This document shows positions 20,113-29,791 of a stretch of 64,000 bases of DNA, piece by piece (the stretch's first letter is position 1; each line of letters begins with the position of its first letter). The notes under the pieces were generated by a model. That model did no database searches and was not told where the DNA came from. It was given only the letters and a program-made list of their open reading frames with translations. Both the position numbers and the translations under genes were made by a program. Source of the DNA: an uncultured Actinomycetota bacterium (lineage in GTDB: Bacteria > Actinomycetota > Actinomycetes > Actinomycetales > Micrococcaceae); assembly GCA_963775715.1 (NCBI GenBank), contig CAVZJX010000001.1, positions 152,336-216,335 on the forward strand, written 5' to 3'.

Positions 20113-20922
20113 ATGAATACAGAAACGATGCTGCGGGTACTCATAGCTGCTCCCCTCGAGTCCCCGATGCCGGAAGGCCTAGAGCAGTGGACGCAGATTT
20201 CAGCGCTCACGTCCATCGCCCTTTCGGCTGCCATCATTGGGGCCGCCGTTCTCATTTTGCTGAAACTGCGACGTCAGAAGAGGGCTCTCCTTGGCAGCGC
20301 CGTAACCCATACCGGCAGCCTGGGGCGGAGACGTGCGGCGGACGACCGGGCCGAATGGATTCGGCGCACCCAATGGGCCTTGGGAGCTGCTGCCTCCACC
20401 AACGACACGATGCACAGCTACGGCATCACTATCCTTGAGGCACTGGCCCGTAGTGATCTGACCGGCCCTGAGGACAAGTCGACCCTCGATTGTGTCTGGG
20501 CAGGGTCGCACACAAAAATGCGCGACGGCAATGTCCGGCACCTCATTGCGGAATACAAAGCCGTCATCGAGGGGGAGAAAGATGAATCGATCCCTGAGCT
20601 CGCTCTGAGACGGTCGTTGGATTGCCAAGACCGAAAAGAGAACCCGCCGGCACCCCAGGAGCACGAAGCAACGCGACCAGGTCGCGTTAGCAACCCCAAA
20701 AGATCCGAGCCGGCAAACAAAGTGGAGGTCTTCGCCACGCTGCGCCGCGAAATCCTCGCAGCACGCCTGAAAGTCACCCTTGACGGGCAGCTGGGCCGCG
20801 AGACCTCGGCGACGGTGAAGCGTCTGGCAGGGATGAGGCTGCCACCGATTGCGAGACCGCACCAGCGTGGCCATTCTCGGGCTGAACCCGCGGGGCCGTC
20901 CACTTCCTCTGAGCAGCCGTAG
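20113..20922 (+). CDS. Membrane-anchored hypothetical protein
   Basis: One TM segment (ALTSIALSAAIIGAAVLILL) followed by WIRRTQWAL. Confidence 0.6.
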   Translation: MNTETMLRVLIAAPLESPMPEGLEQWTQISALTSIALSAAIIGAAVLILLKLRRQKRALLGSAVTHTGSLGRRRAADDRAEWIRRTQWALGAAASTNDTMHSYGITILEALARSDLTGPEDKSTLDCVWAGSHTKMRDGNVRHLIAEYKAVIEGEKDESIPELALRRSLDCQDRKENPPAPQEHEATRPGRVSNPKRSEPANKVEVFATLRREILAARLKVTLDGQLGRETSATVKRLAGMRLPPIARPHQRGHSRAEPAGPSTSSEQP

Positions 20923-21042
20923 GCCTCCTTGGGTGAGGCCGCCCCATCCGTGCGCGGCACCGCGGGGTAATGCCAGCAGCGCCCGTGTTGGCCGTCTGCA
21001 GGGGCGCGCAGCCCAGTCTGCGCAGCGAGTCCGGGGGTAGTT

Positions 21043-21282
21043 CTAGGGCTTCTGTTGGCCGGCATCAAACTGGCGGACGGAGTCCAGAGCGGCCCCGAGG
21101 CGGCGTGCATTCGCGGGGGAGCGGAGCAAATAGCTTGTTTCCACTAATGCGTCGTACTCACCTTTCGACATCAAAACCGCCGATCCACGCTTGGACACGA
21201 TCTCAACCTCGGTCCGGTCGAGGTTGACCCGCTCGATCAAACGGACAAGGTCCCGACGGGCTTCGCTCGCGGTTATGGCCAT
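21043..21282 (-). CDS. yefM: Phd/YefM family antitoxin (orphan)
   Basis: ITASEARRDLVRLIERV...AVLMSKGEYDALVETSYLLRSPANARRL; GGAGG RBS; no toxin gene downstream. Confidence 0.88.
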   Translation of the reverse strand: MAITASEARRDLVRLIERVNLDRTEVEIVSKRGSAVLMSKGEYDALVETSYLLRSPANARRLGAALDSVRQFDAGQQKP

Positions 21283-21636
21283 AGCTGCCTCCTGGTTGCA
21301 TGAGACATGCTAGTACAGCCGAAGCCGGCGGACTCCGTGGGAACGGAATCACAATCGCTGCGGCAGTGGCCGTGGAAGCGCCGGCCCTTCCACGGCCTGC
21401 CGATGTAGCCAGCTCAATGGAAGAAATAGTAGGCAAGTAAGGTCGCCGCAATTATCTGCGCAGAAGGCGGTGGTCACTATTCGGGTGTCCCGCGGCTTCT
21501 GCGTCTAGCCGACCCTCATCCAGGAAGTCAGCACGTTGGCGAAAAGCGCGGGAAAGAGCGGCGCTCTTGAACGCTGCGGCCTACAGCGCTAGTCCTCCAC
21601 AAGCAGCGGGGGGCACTGGCTGTTCCCTCATAGTTG

Positions 21637-22425
21637 TTAGAGGACTCTTACGTCCCAAAGTTCTCCGCCGACTTTTTCTAGGACAAATTTGGTTTCGCAG
21701 CCGTCGCAGACCTGCTCATGCTCCCAAAAGAAGCACGTCTGAGTGTCACAATTTTGGCATTCAACCGCAGGGACGCCGCAAGCGTCGCAATATCCAGCCC
21801 GCAGTAGGCCGTCTGAGTGGGGAAAAGTCTCCCACTCGATGTTTCCCGTGATGCAGTTAGGGTTGGGGCAATCTCCGAGACTGAACGCGTGAACAGATCC
21901 CGCTGAGTCAATGGAGATTCTTAGATCCGGCATAAGCGAGAACTCGAGTAGTGGCTCTATTACGACTTCAGGGGAGGAAATCGCGAGAATGTGGTCCCGT
22001 AACTTCTTCGTGATTTCAGGGTCGTCCCGGTGCATCTCGATGGTCGCGAAGACCTTGCTCATGTCCGAAGACAATAGCTTCTTGTATGATTCAGTCCTTT
22101 TTTCGACCTCAGCGGTGCGGTCCTTCGCAGCCTGAAGGATCGCCGCGTGTAAGGGGGTGACCGGGAGTGGCTTGTTGCTCTTGCTGCGGTTGCAACGAGC
22201 ATGGATAGGTACGAGGTTGTACGTCTCATTGACGTCGAAGTCAGCCCTGAGTGCAAACTCCCTGACCAGGTCCTGAAGCGTGGCGTCATCGATGGTCTTG
22301 TAGATGAGATGGTCGATTTGCATGTCAAAGTAAACAACCGGTTCATTGCACCAGACGCACTTCTTGCCTGCAGTCTCGTGTAAGGCGAGGCGGAAGGCGG
22401 CATCTGTGAGTGGGTAGGCGGTCAT
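21637..22425 (-). CDS. HNH endonuclease with C-terminal Cys-rich zinc ribbons
   Basis: CVWC..IDHL..NLVPIHARCNRSKS; C-terminal CPNPNC, CDAC, CQNC and CDGC. Confidence 0.82.
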   Translation of the reverse strand: MTAYPLTDAAFRLALHETAGKKCVWCNEPVVYFDMQIDHLIYKTIDDATLQDLVREFALRADFDVNETYNLVPIHARCNRSKSNKPLPVTPLHAAILQAAKDRTAEVEKRTESYKKLLSSDMSKVFATIEMHRDDPEITKKLRDHILAISSPEVVIEPLLEFSLMPDLRISIDSAGSVHAFSLGDCPNPNCITGNIEWETFPHSDGLLRAGYCDACGVPAVECQNCDTQTCFFWEHEQVCDGCETKFVLEKVGGELWDVRVL

Positions 22426-23410
22426 GACCTCGACTATAGGGCACAATCTCTCCCCTCCAGTGCCTCCTTAGACGACGAGCCTGCTTCGGGTCTTGGAGGG
22501 AAGCGATGCCGGGAACGCGTGATGGTTGTGGCCGTCGTAGGCGCATCTCTTGAAGGGGCCTTAGCTGTCCATGAAGGGCACGCGACGCTCGTGTGGGTCG
22601 GCCTGCTTCAGCCAGCAAGTGCTGAGTAGGGCTGGTTCCATTCGGACGTGTTGCCGGTCCCAACAGATGGTTTCTATGCGGATCAGGGAAAGTGATGTGT
22701 CTGGCGCTTACTGGGCGCAGGTCAAGGCACCGTCGTACGGGAAAAATTGATACTTCTCGTAAGTGACTATGTTTGCTGCCGCTTCTGGAATTTCTGCGGC
22801 GAGGGACATGTATTGTTTGAGGGCTTCCCGGGGGGCAGGAAGTATTGCCGCCACCTCTCCTGGTGCGTCGAAATACTTGCTGAGAAGGGTTGTGCGAGTG
22901 GTATTTAACCTGTCCTCGGCCAACAGCTTCGCCAGGCCGTCTCGCACGCAGCCTGGCTCTGCCCCGCCCTGCTCAAGCTGGGTGACAATAACTTCGTAGT
23001 GGTTCGGCAGGCTCCCAGAACGTGCGCCTGGACCCGCGCGGCCCGCACTACAAATGTGACATGCAAAAGCACCGGGACCCAGAACATCTGGAGCCAAACC
23101 GTGCACCGGCAGGGTGATTCCCCGATGTACGGCTCCAGGGCTAGTTGAGATACGAATGGGAGCGGCCCAATTGGACCGCCCCCGTCTTTGAGGTGTCAAA
23201 AAACTTGAATTCAGGCTCTATCTTGACGCTTTCTGAGGACCGTCCTGACGTCCGGTTAGGGTGTACACCAACTGGGCATCCTGACTAGGGGTGGGTGCGA
23301 TCCCATCATCACTTGTGGAGACAAGGAATCTGAATCTCGGGCCGCGTGATGAAACCCTCGAAGAGGGTGATAATTCATGCGCTCCGCCGTCCAAGAATCA
23401 GGCGCTGGCC

Positions 23411-23815
23411 TCAGTAAACAGGCGTGGACCATGTCTTCTCACCTTTGCCAGGCAAGAGCCCGCCCATGTTGAATGTGTGATTGTGCTTTTCACCGATGCG
23501 TGTCCGGCGGAAGTTAATCGTGAGATGCGTACCCACCACTGATGGTTGGATGCGCAAAACCTCCCGAGCGCCGCGACGGAATATTTGGGCGGGAAATCCG
23601 GCGTCGTTGATGAAGTCCACTCCGGTGCCATGGAAATTGAATGCCGTGGTGATTACTGCCCGACGACGGTGAACGCGCTCAAGAAGCCAGTAATCTTCGT
23701 GCAGCTTCGTTAGCCGCCAAGGTTCCTCCCTGGATATCTGCTGCCAGTCCAGCAACGCAACCATCAACGCCAGCATCGAAACAACGAGGGCTCCCAGGGC
23801 CAGTGCATCACTCAT
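23411..23815 (-). CDS. Hypothetical protein with N-terminal TM helix
   Basis: ALALGALVVSMLALMVALL followed by a soluble beta-rich segment; 134 aa. Confidence 0.65.
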   Translation of the reverse strand: MSDALALGALVVSMLALMVALLDWQQISREEPWRLTKLHEDYWLLERVHRRRAVITTAFNFHGTGVDFINDAGFPAQIFRRGAREVLRIQPSVVGTHLTINFRRTRIGEKHNHTFNMGGLLPGKGEKTWSTPVY

Positions 23816-23959
23816 TCAGCAAAGGATGCCACATTCTGGGCAACTGACGGGATTAGACTCTCCGTTACTTCGAGCGGGCTATGATGCACCGCTCGTGGCT
23901 ACCAACCGACTGCCAACCACGCCTGGTTCGCCATCTGATCAAGCTTCATGCGCCACGCG

Positions 23960-25150
23960 TCAGATCGGATCGTACGGTCTTTGCCTCCCGAACAGTTGCT
24001 CGTAGACGTCGACCATGTTGCCAAGAAGTCGTACATCCCGCGATGACTCCGGAAACTTGTGGGCTATCTGCTGGACTAGGGCCAGGTTATATTCCGCGGC
24101 CAGATGCGCACCTTGGGGTGTGACGACGGAGAAGTCCAACTTATGGGCGACAGCATTACGAAGCCGCCTAGAGCTTGCGGTCCACGCATCGATAAAGGTT
24201 CCGGTGCTAAGTCCGAGGACGGGCGCCAGACTGCTAAGCAACGTTTTCGCCCTCGGGTTCGTGCTGTATACGCTAGTGAGCCTCACAAGCTTGTCGTCAG
24301 GCAGATCGGGATGTCTAAGGTAACAAAGCCTCAAGGCCAGCTCCATGAACCTGTCTGAGTTGAGTACGGCCGATTCGAACTGCCCAAGACACAAATCATC
24401 GATTGCCGTTACGGCTAGGTTCACTAGATAGCGTACCTCAGGGCTGAATACAAGGCCCTCGCAGTAGTCTAAGAACTCCTTGTACTCAGCAGGGAGGAAT
24501 GCACGCTTAGCCCAAACGTCCATTTTGTCGTTGTAGTGGATTGTCACCGCCTCCGGAGCTGAAATTTCCGGCTGTTCTGCAAACGTAATCGGATAGCAGT
24601 CAAATACACCCGGCAGCTGTCTGGCAGAAATAGGCTGGACGCCGTGATCGTGGCGAACGATCCGATAGGACGTGAGTACGTCATTCAGATAGCGCAACGC
24701 GCTATCCAATGAAATGCGTTGGTCGAGCAAGTCCTTTCCGAGAACCCCAAAGATGAGAATCGATCCTCCTGCGCGGCTTTCGCTAGCCCCCAAGGACAAT
24801 TTGACTGGAAAGCTTCCCGAGACAGCGAAAATGACCTCACCTGCGGACTTGGAGTATCGGCTTGCTGTGTAGCCAGGAGGGAGCGCGATGACAGACGTGG
24901 TGGCGGCTACAAACGCATAGCCGTGGCCTGCGGAGAACTCGGGTATGCGGCCCAAGACCCCCCTCAGCGCATTGCCGAGAAGCTCTTCCACATTGATTTC
25001 AGCTCGAAGGGCATACACCGCTTCAGTGAAACTTCCCAAGACTAAGTTTCCGTCATCATGCAAGTACGGCATGTACTCAGATGTGAAGTTCTCGTCTGCC
25101 ATCAAACCAAGAATGGTCTCCATCGGGCTATTCAGCGGACCATCTTTCAA
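23960..25150 (-). CDS. HEPN-domain protein (ApeA-like layout: N-terminal alpha/beta domain plus C-terminal HEPN)
   Basis: GQFESAVLNSDRFMELAL helix with conserved E; RNAVAH (RxxxxH, 24143-24160). Confidence 0.72.
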   Translation of the reverse strand: MKDGPLNSPMETILGLMADENFTSEYMPYLHDDGNLVLGSFTEAVYALRAEINVEELLGNALRGVLGRIPEFSAGHGYAFVAATTSVIALPPGYTASRYSKSAGEVIFAVSGSFPVKLSLGASESRAGGSILIFGVLGKDLLDQRISLDSALRYLNDVLTSYRIVRHDHGVQPISARQLPGVFDCYPITFAEQPEISAPEAVTIHYNDKMDVWAKRAFLPAEYKEFLDYCEGLVFSPEVRYLVNLAVTAIDDLCLGQFESAVLNSDRFMELALRLCYLRHPDLPDDKLVRLTSVYSTNPRAKTLLSSLAPVLGLSTGTFIDAWTASSRRLRNAVAHKLDFSVVTPQGAHLAAEYNLALVQQIAHKFPESSRDVRLLGNMVDVYEQLFGRQRPYDPI

Positions 25151-25347
25151 GGAAATCCCCCAGTGTAGGAATCGATCAGGAGTAGCATACGGTCACGGTG
25201 TGGTGAGTCAATACGGCCTTCCCCAGGGTGCCAGACTCCCCGTGCAGGCCCGCCTCCAGTGTCTGACCGACGGCAGCCATCGACGCAGCCCGAGAAGCGC
25301 AGGACCACGCTAATACAAGCGCCTGCTCTTCTGGGCTGGCAGCGATA

Positions 25348-26145
25348 TCAGCGAGGCTGCTGCAAGAGCACGCTCCTAGACTGCCTAACTCGTTCCGTAG
25401 TGTTGATGAATGTTGACAACGGCAAACGGTCTGCCAGGACGGAGGCGAGGATGGACACTGCAGCGTTGGCAAGAGAATTGGTCACACTCGCCTCCTGGGG
25501 TGCGTCAAAACGCCATGCGGCTTTGACCCAAGGCAGGTTTGCTCGTGAACTGCCCTTAGGTATGACTCCGCTTCGGGACTCCGGCCCGTGCAGAACAAGT
25601 TTCGGGACTTGGTAGTCGTAGCTCGTCTCGGTCGACCAGTCCAGAACTGGAAATTGCTGTGGATGATTTAGGAGAGCTCGGAAGAGCCGTGCTTGCTCTA
25701 GGAAGAAGAAGGTGTTGTCCCGTCCGGTTCCCTCGTATGGCAGTCCAACAATTTCCTTCATCCATCGCACAAACTTTGCATTGTCGCTGAAGGCCTTGCC
25801 GCCGAAGATTTTGGAGAATCGTGAGACGACGGAGGAGAGGTGAGACAGCGCGCCATAGTAAGTGTCAAAGTAGTTTTTCGTCCTGTTGTAGATGAGTCGC
25901 CGCTGCTTCTCCGTGGGAGCAGGCCAACCTGTCAGCGGGCTTCTGTCGCACTGGTTCCGGACGTCTTCCAAGCCATACAGCGCGTCTAGGAGATTCTCCA
26001 TCTCTTCTAAGAAACCGCGAAGGGCTTGAGCCTCAAATTCGTTGAAAGACAAGGGTTCGAAGGCCTTCTGCCAATGTTCGACGACAACGGCCGATACGTT
26101 GGACGCCGTCAATTTATCCGGGGAGTGGGTCTTCGCTACGTCCAT
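25348..26145 (-). CDS. All-helical protein with HEPN-like RxxxxH motif (Cthe_2314-like)
   Basis: YFDTYYGALSHL helix; RALLNH (25663-25680); 265 aa. Confidence 0.5.
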   Translation of the reverse strand: MDVAKTHSPDKLTASNVSAVVVEHWQKAFEPLSFNEFEAQALRGFLEEMENLLDALYGLEDVRNQCDRSPLTGWPAPTEKQRRLIYNRTKNYFDTYYGALSHLSSVVSRFSKIFGGKAFSDNAKFVRWMKEIVGLPYEGTGRDNTFFFLEQARLFRALLNHPQQFPVLDWSTETSYDYQVPKLVLHGPESRSGVIPKGSSRANLPWVKAAWRFDAPQEASVTNSLANAAVSILASVLADRLPLSTFINTTERVRQSRSVLLQQPR

Positions 26146-26577
26146 TCCTCCATCCTAAGTAGGAACGTCGAACTGCTGGTGCTCCCAATCGATTTTGTCA
26201 GCCTGCCTGACATAGATAGTTCGGGGTGTCTGAAACGCCAGTAACTCGCCGATGCCGCACCCCTGCCGCCGGCTCAGAAGTCACGGGCGAGGAGTGACGA
26301 GCTGCATCCGGGGGTCCAAACCGATGTTTCGAAACACGCGTTGAGAAGGTCTTCGATTCCAACCTGACGTTTTCTGCATACCGGAGCGTGTCTGCCAGTC
26401 AGTTCGGAATCGTCGACACCCATCGTTTGCATCAGATAGAGGTGGTCCTTTCGGTGTGTCTCGATTGGGGGAGCGCGCGACAAACCATGTGGAGACTTCG
26501 ATCAAAAGTGTTTTCTCCCTGTAGCGTGACCTTGTCCCGCTTACAGGTGACTCCAATAGCGAAGGGCAACGACCGTA

Positions 26578-27282
26578 GTGAGCTACAGCGAGCAAACGCG
26601 AATGGATATGCAATGGCGCCCGACCTACATGGAACTGCCGAACAAAACGGTGGGCGTTGATGCAAGTGCAAGGTCGGTAAGGGCCAACCCATTCGCCCGG
26701 CCGGATGAAGATGCCATATCGGACCACGTCCAAGAGTTTTTGCGACGTGCCGGGATCGCCTGCCAGAAGGCGGTTCCACTGGGACTGGGCGCGGCCGCCG
26801 GCGGCCCCGGGATGGGCACGGTGGAGGCGCTCTCCTGGTTCATGAAGCCAATCGGCATCGCTATTCAGGTAGTGAAGTTTCTACTGGGTTGGCGCGATCG
26901 GCTTGCAGCGCTTGAGCGCCGCAAACTCTTACCTCAGATGGTCGTCACCCTACTGGCGGATCACATCGAGCCATGCAGGACGGGCCCCAGTGAGTGGCAG
27001 GACATGGCTCGTCTTCTGTTACTCATCCTCCCGGACCTTCAGAAGAATTTAGAGTCGGAGTTTCCCGGTTGTAATTTCCGATACAAGTTCTATGCTCGGG
27101 GCCGGAAGATCCCGTACGTCCTGCTCCGCGCGGGCAATGGCTTGTCCGTGACTGATAGCCACGTCCTGCAGATGCTTAAGCACCTCGATCGAGATGCAGT
27201 GACTCTCACCTTGTTCCATTGTGAGGGTTGGTTTGCTTTTCCTAAGGTCGTCGCGTCAGCTTCGAAGTTTGAGCCGGTGTAA
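26578..27282 (+). CDS. Hypothetical protein
   Basis: 234 aa ORF with protein-like composition in the AT-richer cargo; no motif recognised. Confidence 0.55.
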   Translation: MSYSEQTRMDMQWRPTYMELPNKTVGVDASARSVRANPFARPDEDAISDHVQEFLRRAGIACQKAVPLGLGAAAGGPGMGTVEALSWFMKPIGIAIQVVKFLLGWRDRLAALERRKLLPQMVVTLLADHIEPCRTGPSEWQDMARLLLLILPDLQKNLESEFPGCNFRYKFYARGRKIPYVLLRAGNGLSVTDSHVLQMLKHLDRDAVTLTLFHCEGWFAFPKVVASASKFEPV

Positions 27283-27684
27283 GACAGCCGTTTGTTCCTG
27301 AGGGAGCATGCTACTGCGTTCCGGAGCGCGTCCTTAGATCTGGGAACCACCCGGCTGGTGCTTTCTTTGGTTCGACGGGTTCGGGGTCGCGGTATTCTTT
27401 CATGTCCTAGTTGTTGAACAGTCCTGGGGTCGAGGAGGACTCTCATATGGTGGTCTCCGGTCCCGCCACCAGACGCTCATCCCGGTGGCAGGCTCGAGGC
27501 GCAGGTGCCTCAGGAACGTCAGAGGGCAGCTACGCGTGAGACGGCCGGCGCGTTGGCTGCTGCTAAGAGCCCGTCAGGCGTTTCCGATATCCCGGAATGT
27601 ACGGCGTCGGGATGTCCCTGACGGCCGGTATTGTGCTGATCGTAGGAAAGGGGATTACGGTCTCCGAGCCAGTATGGGACCTCA

Positions 27685-28833
27685 TCACCAGTCCATGTTT
27701 GCAGACCGCTCCCATAGGTAATTGTGGTGGTTGATCATGTCCCCTAGTTTGCCCGCAGCGCGTGCCGCACGAAGCTCGTCACGGAATTTCTGGTCGTAGC
27801 GCATGTCGAGCCCTTCGCAAATCCACAGCATAGCGTCCGCTAGGGGCCCAGATTGCAGCCAAGCGTCCATCACGTCGAGGGTCTTAATCGCTTCCTCAAA
27901 GTCAGTTTCCCGTGCTGGTATGAACTGAAAGTGCGGGCTATCGCGGATGTCGGAGAAGGCAGCCGGTATGGCTCCAACCCCGGGCACATGGAAATGGATG
28001 GTTGCGTCTTGCTTGTCGAAGCCACCGTGCGAGTATGTGTTGCGCCAAGTTTCCACTAGCCGTACCAGCTCGTGGCAACGTTGGTTGGCTACACGGTCTT
28101 GCCGACCGAAAACACGCTTGTATTTGTCTCCCCAGCGACTGGAAATGAAGTCCGACAGGCTTTCTGTTTCTGGGTTGAAATCAATGAACGGAAGTGCTAG
28201 CACTAGCGTGTGTTCAAGCAGGCTCAAGTACGCGTTTAGAGCGGCAACGAGGTTGTAGAATCCCTCGGGAGGGTCGGTTGTGAGGCTGATACCACCGAAA
28301 GATAGGTTCTTGGCGTTGCCTTTGTCGCTGGCAAAAGCAAGGCGTGCGCCCTCTCGGAAGTATTCGTACGAGTTCCGTAGTGTCCCGTATTGGTTGACTA
28401 TAGTGACGTTGCCTGCGCTAACCTGCTCTTTGCTGAATGGTGTAAGGATTTTCGACTCAATGATCCGCACCGCGGATTCCAGTTTGTCGATGATTTCGCG
28501 ATGAGCTCTTTCGGCTGCAGGCCCGTCAGCCTCATCGTGAGGATCGTGTTGCACGTAGAGTCGCATTCCAAATTTCTGGAGAGCGACGGCAGCCCAGCGA
28601 CCGCGGTACCGGAAAGAGATGTAAAAGGCTGTCTTCTCCGCCGACCCCAGGTCTTCAAGTCCAATAAGCAGCAAGGCATACCGGATGAGATACGGCACTG
28701 GCCATACGTCTCGGGACACCATAAATCTCAGGGTTTCTCCGTCGTTGGTACCCGGGGAAGAAAAGTCCCTGAGGCAGGTGGTTGATAGTTTTGCGGCCGC
28801 GTCGCTGGCGCCCGGAAGAGGATCAGGAATCAC
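27685..28833 (-). CDS. HEPN-like domain protein
   Basis: AYLSLLEHTLVL (E motif) and WRNTYSHGG (RxxxxH, 28027-28044); 382 aa. Confidence 0.65.
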   Translation of the reverse strand: MIPDPLPGASDAAAKLSTTCLRDFSSPGTNDGETLRFMVSRDVWPVPYLIRYALLLIGLEDLGSAEKTAFYISFRYRGRWAAVALQKFGMRLYVQHDPHDEADGPAAERAHREIIDKLESAVRIIESKILTPFSKEQVSAGNVTIVNQYGTLRNSYEYFREGARLAFASDKGNAKNLSFGGISLTTDPPEGFYNLVAALNAYLSLLEHTLVLALPFIDFNPETESLSDFISSRWGDKYKRVFGRQDRVANQRCHELVRLVETWRNTYSHGGFDKQDATIHFHVPGVGAIPAAFSDIRDSPHFQFIPARETDFEEAIKTLDVMDAWLQSGPLADAMLWICEGLDMRYDQKFRDELRAARAAGKLGDMINHHNYLWERSANMDW

Positions 28834-29119
28834 ACTTGGAGGTTAGCGCAGTTTCGGTGGCGCTACAGCGTGACCTCGTTTGACCGATGTTCGTATTCGA
28901 TCCGCTGTCCGGTCCCACGGTAGGACGCTCGATGTTGGTTGGAATTCCTGGCATCTAGCCATGTGGAGCTTGCCCGTAATATCTTCATCTCCGACCGTTC
29001 GACCGCATGATCGGCCTTGGCCCTCATCAACGACTTGGGCAAAGCCTAATGTGCGTATAGATGCCCTCATACATCAGTATCGATTCGTGAGCGCGACCAA
29101 TGAGAGCACTGGCTATGTG

Positions 29120-29347
29120 ATGCACCCCGGCTTTACATACGTGATTCTGCAACAGCAGGAATCCGAGTTCGTGAAAATAGGCATCACCCATCAGTCCATG
29201 ACAGAAAGAATGGACAGCCTAGACAACACCTCAGTACCAGTTCCACCCACTGCGCTCTGGTACGAATACGTTTCGGACCCCGAAGCTGTGGAGAAGGAAC
29301 GGATCGTCGCCGGTGAAGTACCCGACGAAGATGCGGGGATCGCGTGA
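29120..29347 (+). pseudogene. Truncated GIY-YIG (T5orf172-type) nuclease
   Basis: GFTYVI...FVKIGIT...ERMDSL..TSVP...VEK, then the LH segment expected for the family is missing. Confidence 0.55.
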
Positions 29348-29599
29348 ACGAGTGGAGCGTTGCATTGGTCCATACTCATAACTGATGCTGAAACGCGACA
29401 CAACATCCCGGCACTTCTGGCCTAGGGGGCACTGCCCCCGTCGACGGGGCCGAGGACGAAGCGTGTTCTTCAGGCGTTCCGCGTGCGAGGTAGGGAATCG
29501 ATCTGGCGACCACGTTAGTATCTGGCCGACAATGTCAGCGGTACGTGTTTTGATGACGACATCAATCAGAGTGGCCTCGGTCTAGGGAGGGGAAGGAAC

Positions 29600-29791
29600 A
29601 TGCGAACCACTTTTGTTCGAGTACGTCACGCTTCGGCACCCATGCCGAGCAGTTGCCGGTGGTGCGGTCGCGAGCAAGGCGTTCATGGCTTGTTCTTCAC
29701 CCGGGCGGTCGGCAACCACTACTTCGTTGACCCGACCCCTCAGCAGCGTCTCGCACGCATGCGGGCGCGACGACTCACTTCGCCAGGCTGA
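29600..29791 (+). CDS. Small phage-like Cys/His protein
   Basis: GGGAGG/AGGAA RBS; CRWC..H..GNH..PTPQQRLARMRARR; 63 aa. Confidence 0.6.
   Translation: MRTTFVRVRHASAPMPSSCRWCGREQGVHGLFFTRAVGNHYFVDPTPQQRLARMRARRLTSPG

Noticed and set aside
22440-23400. ORFs 22708-23199 and 22343-22663
   Set aside because: No recognisable motif, weak starts and different frames; possibly a degraded gene but unsupported.
29510-29550. PafBC/RecA-NDp DNA-damage promoter (TGTCRG-N10-TAnnnT)
   Set aside because: TGTCGG and TGTCAG hexamers are present but the spacing to TAnnnT is wrong; the same applies at 13381 and 26196.
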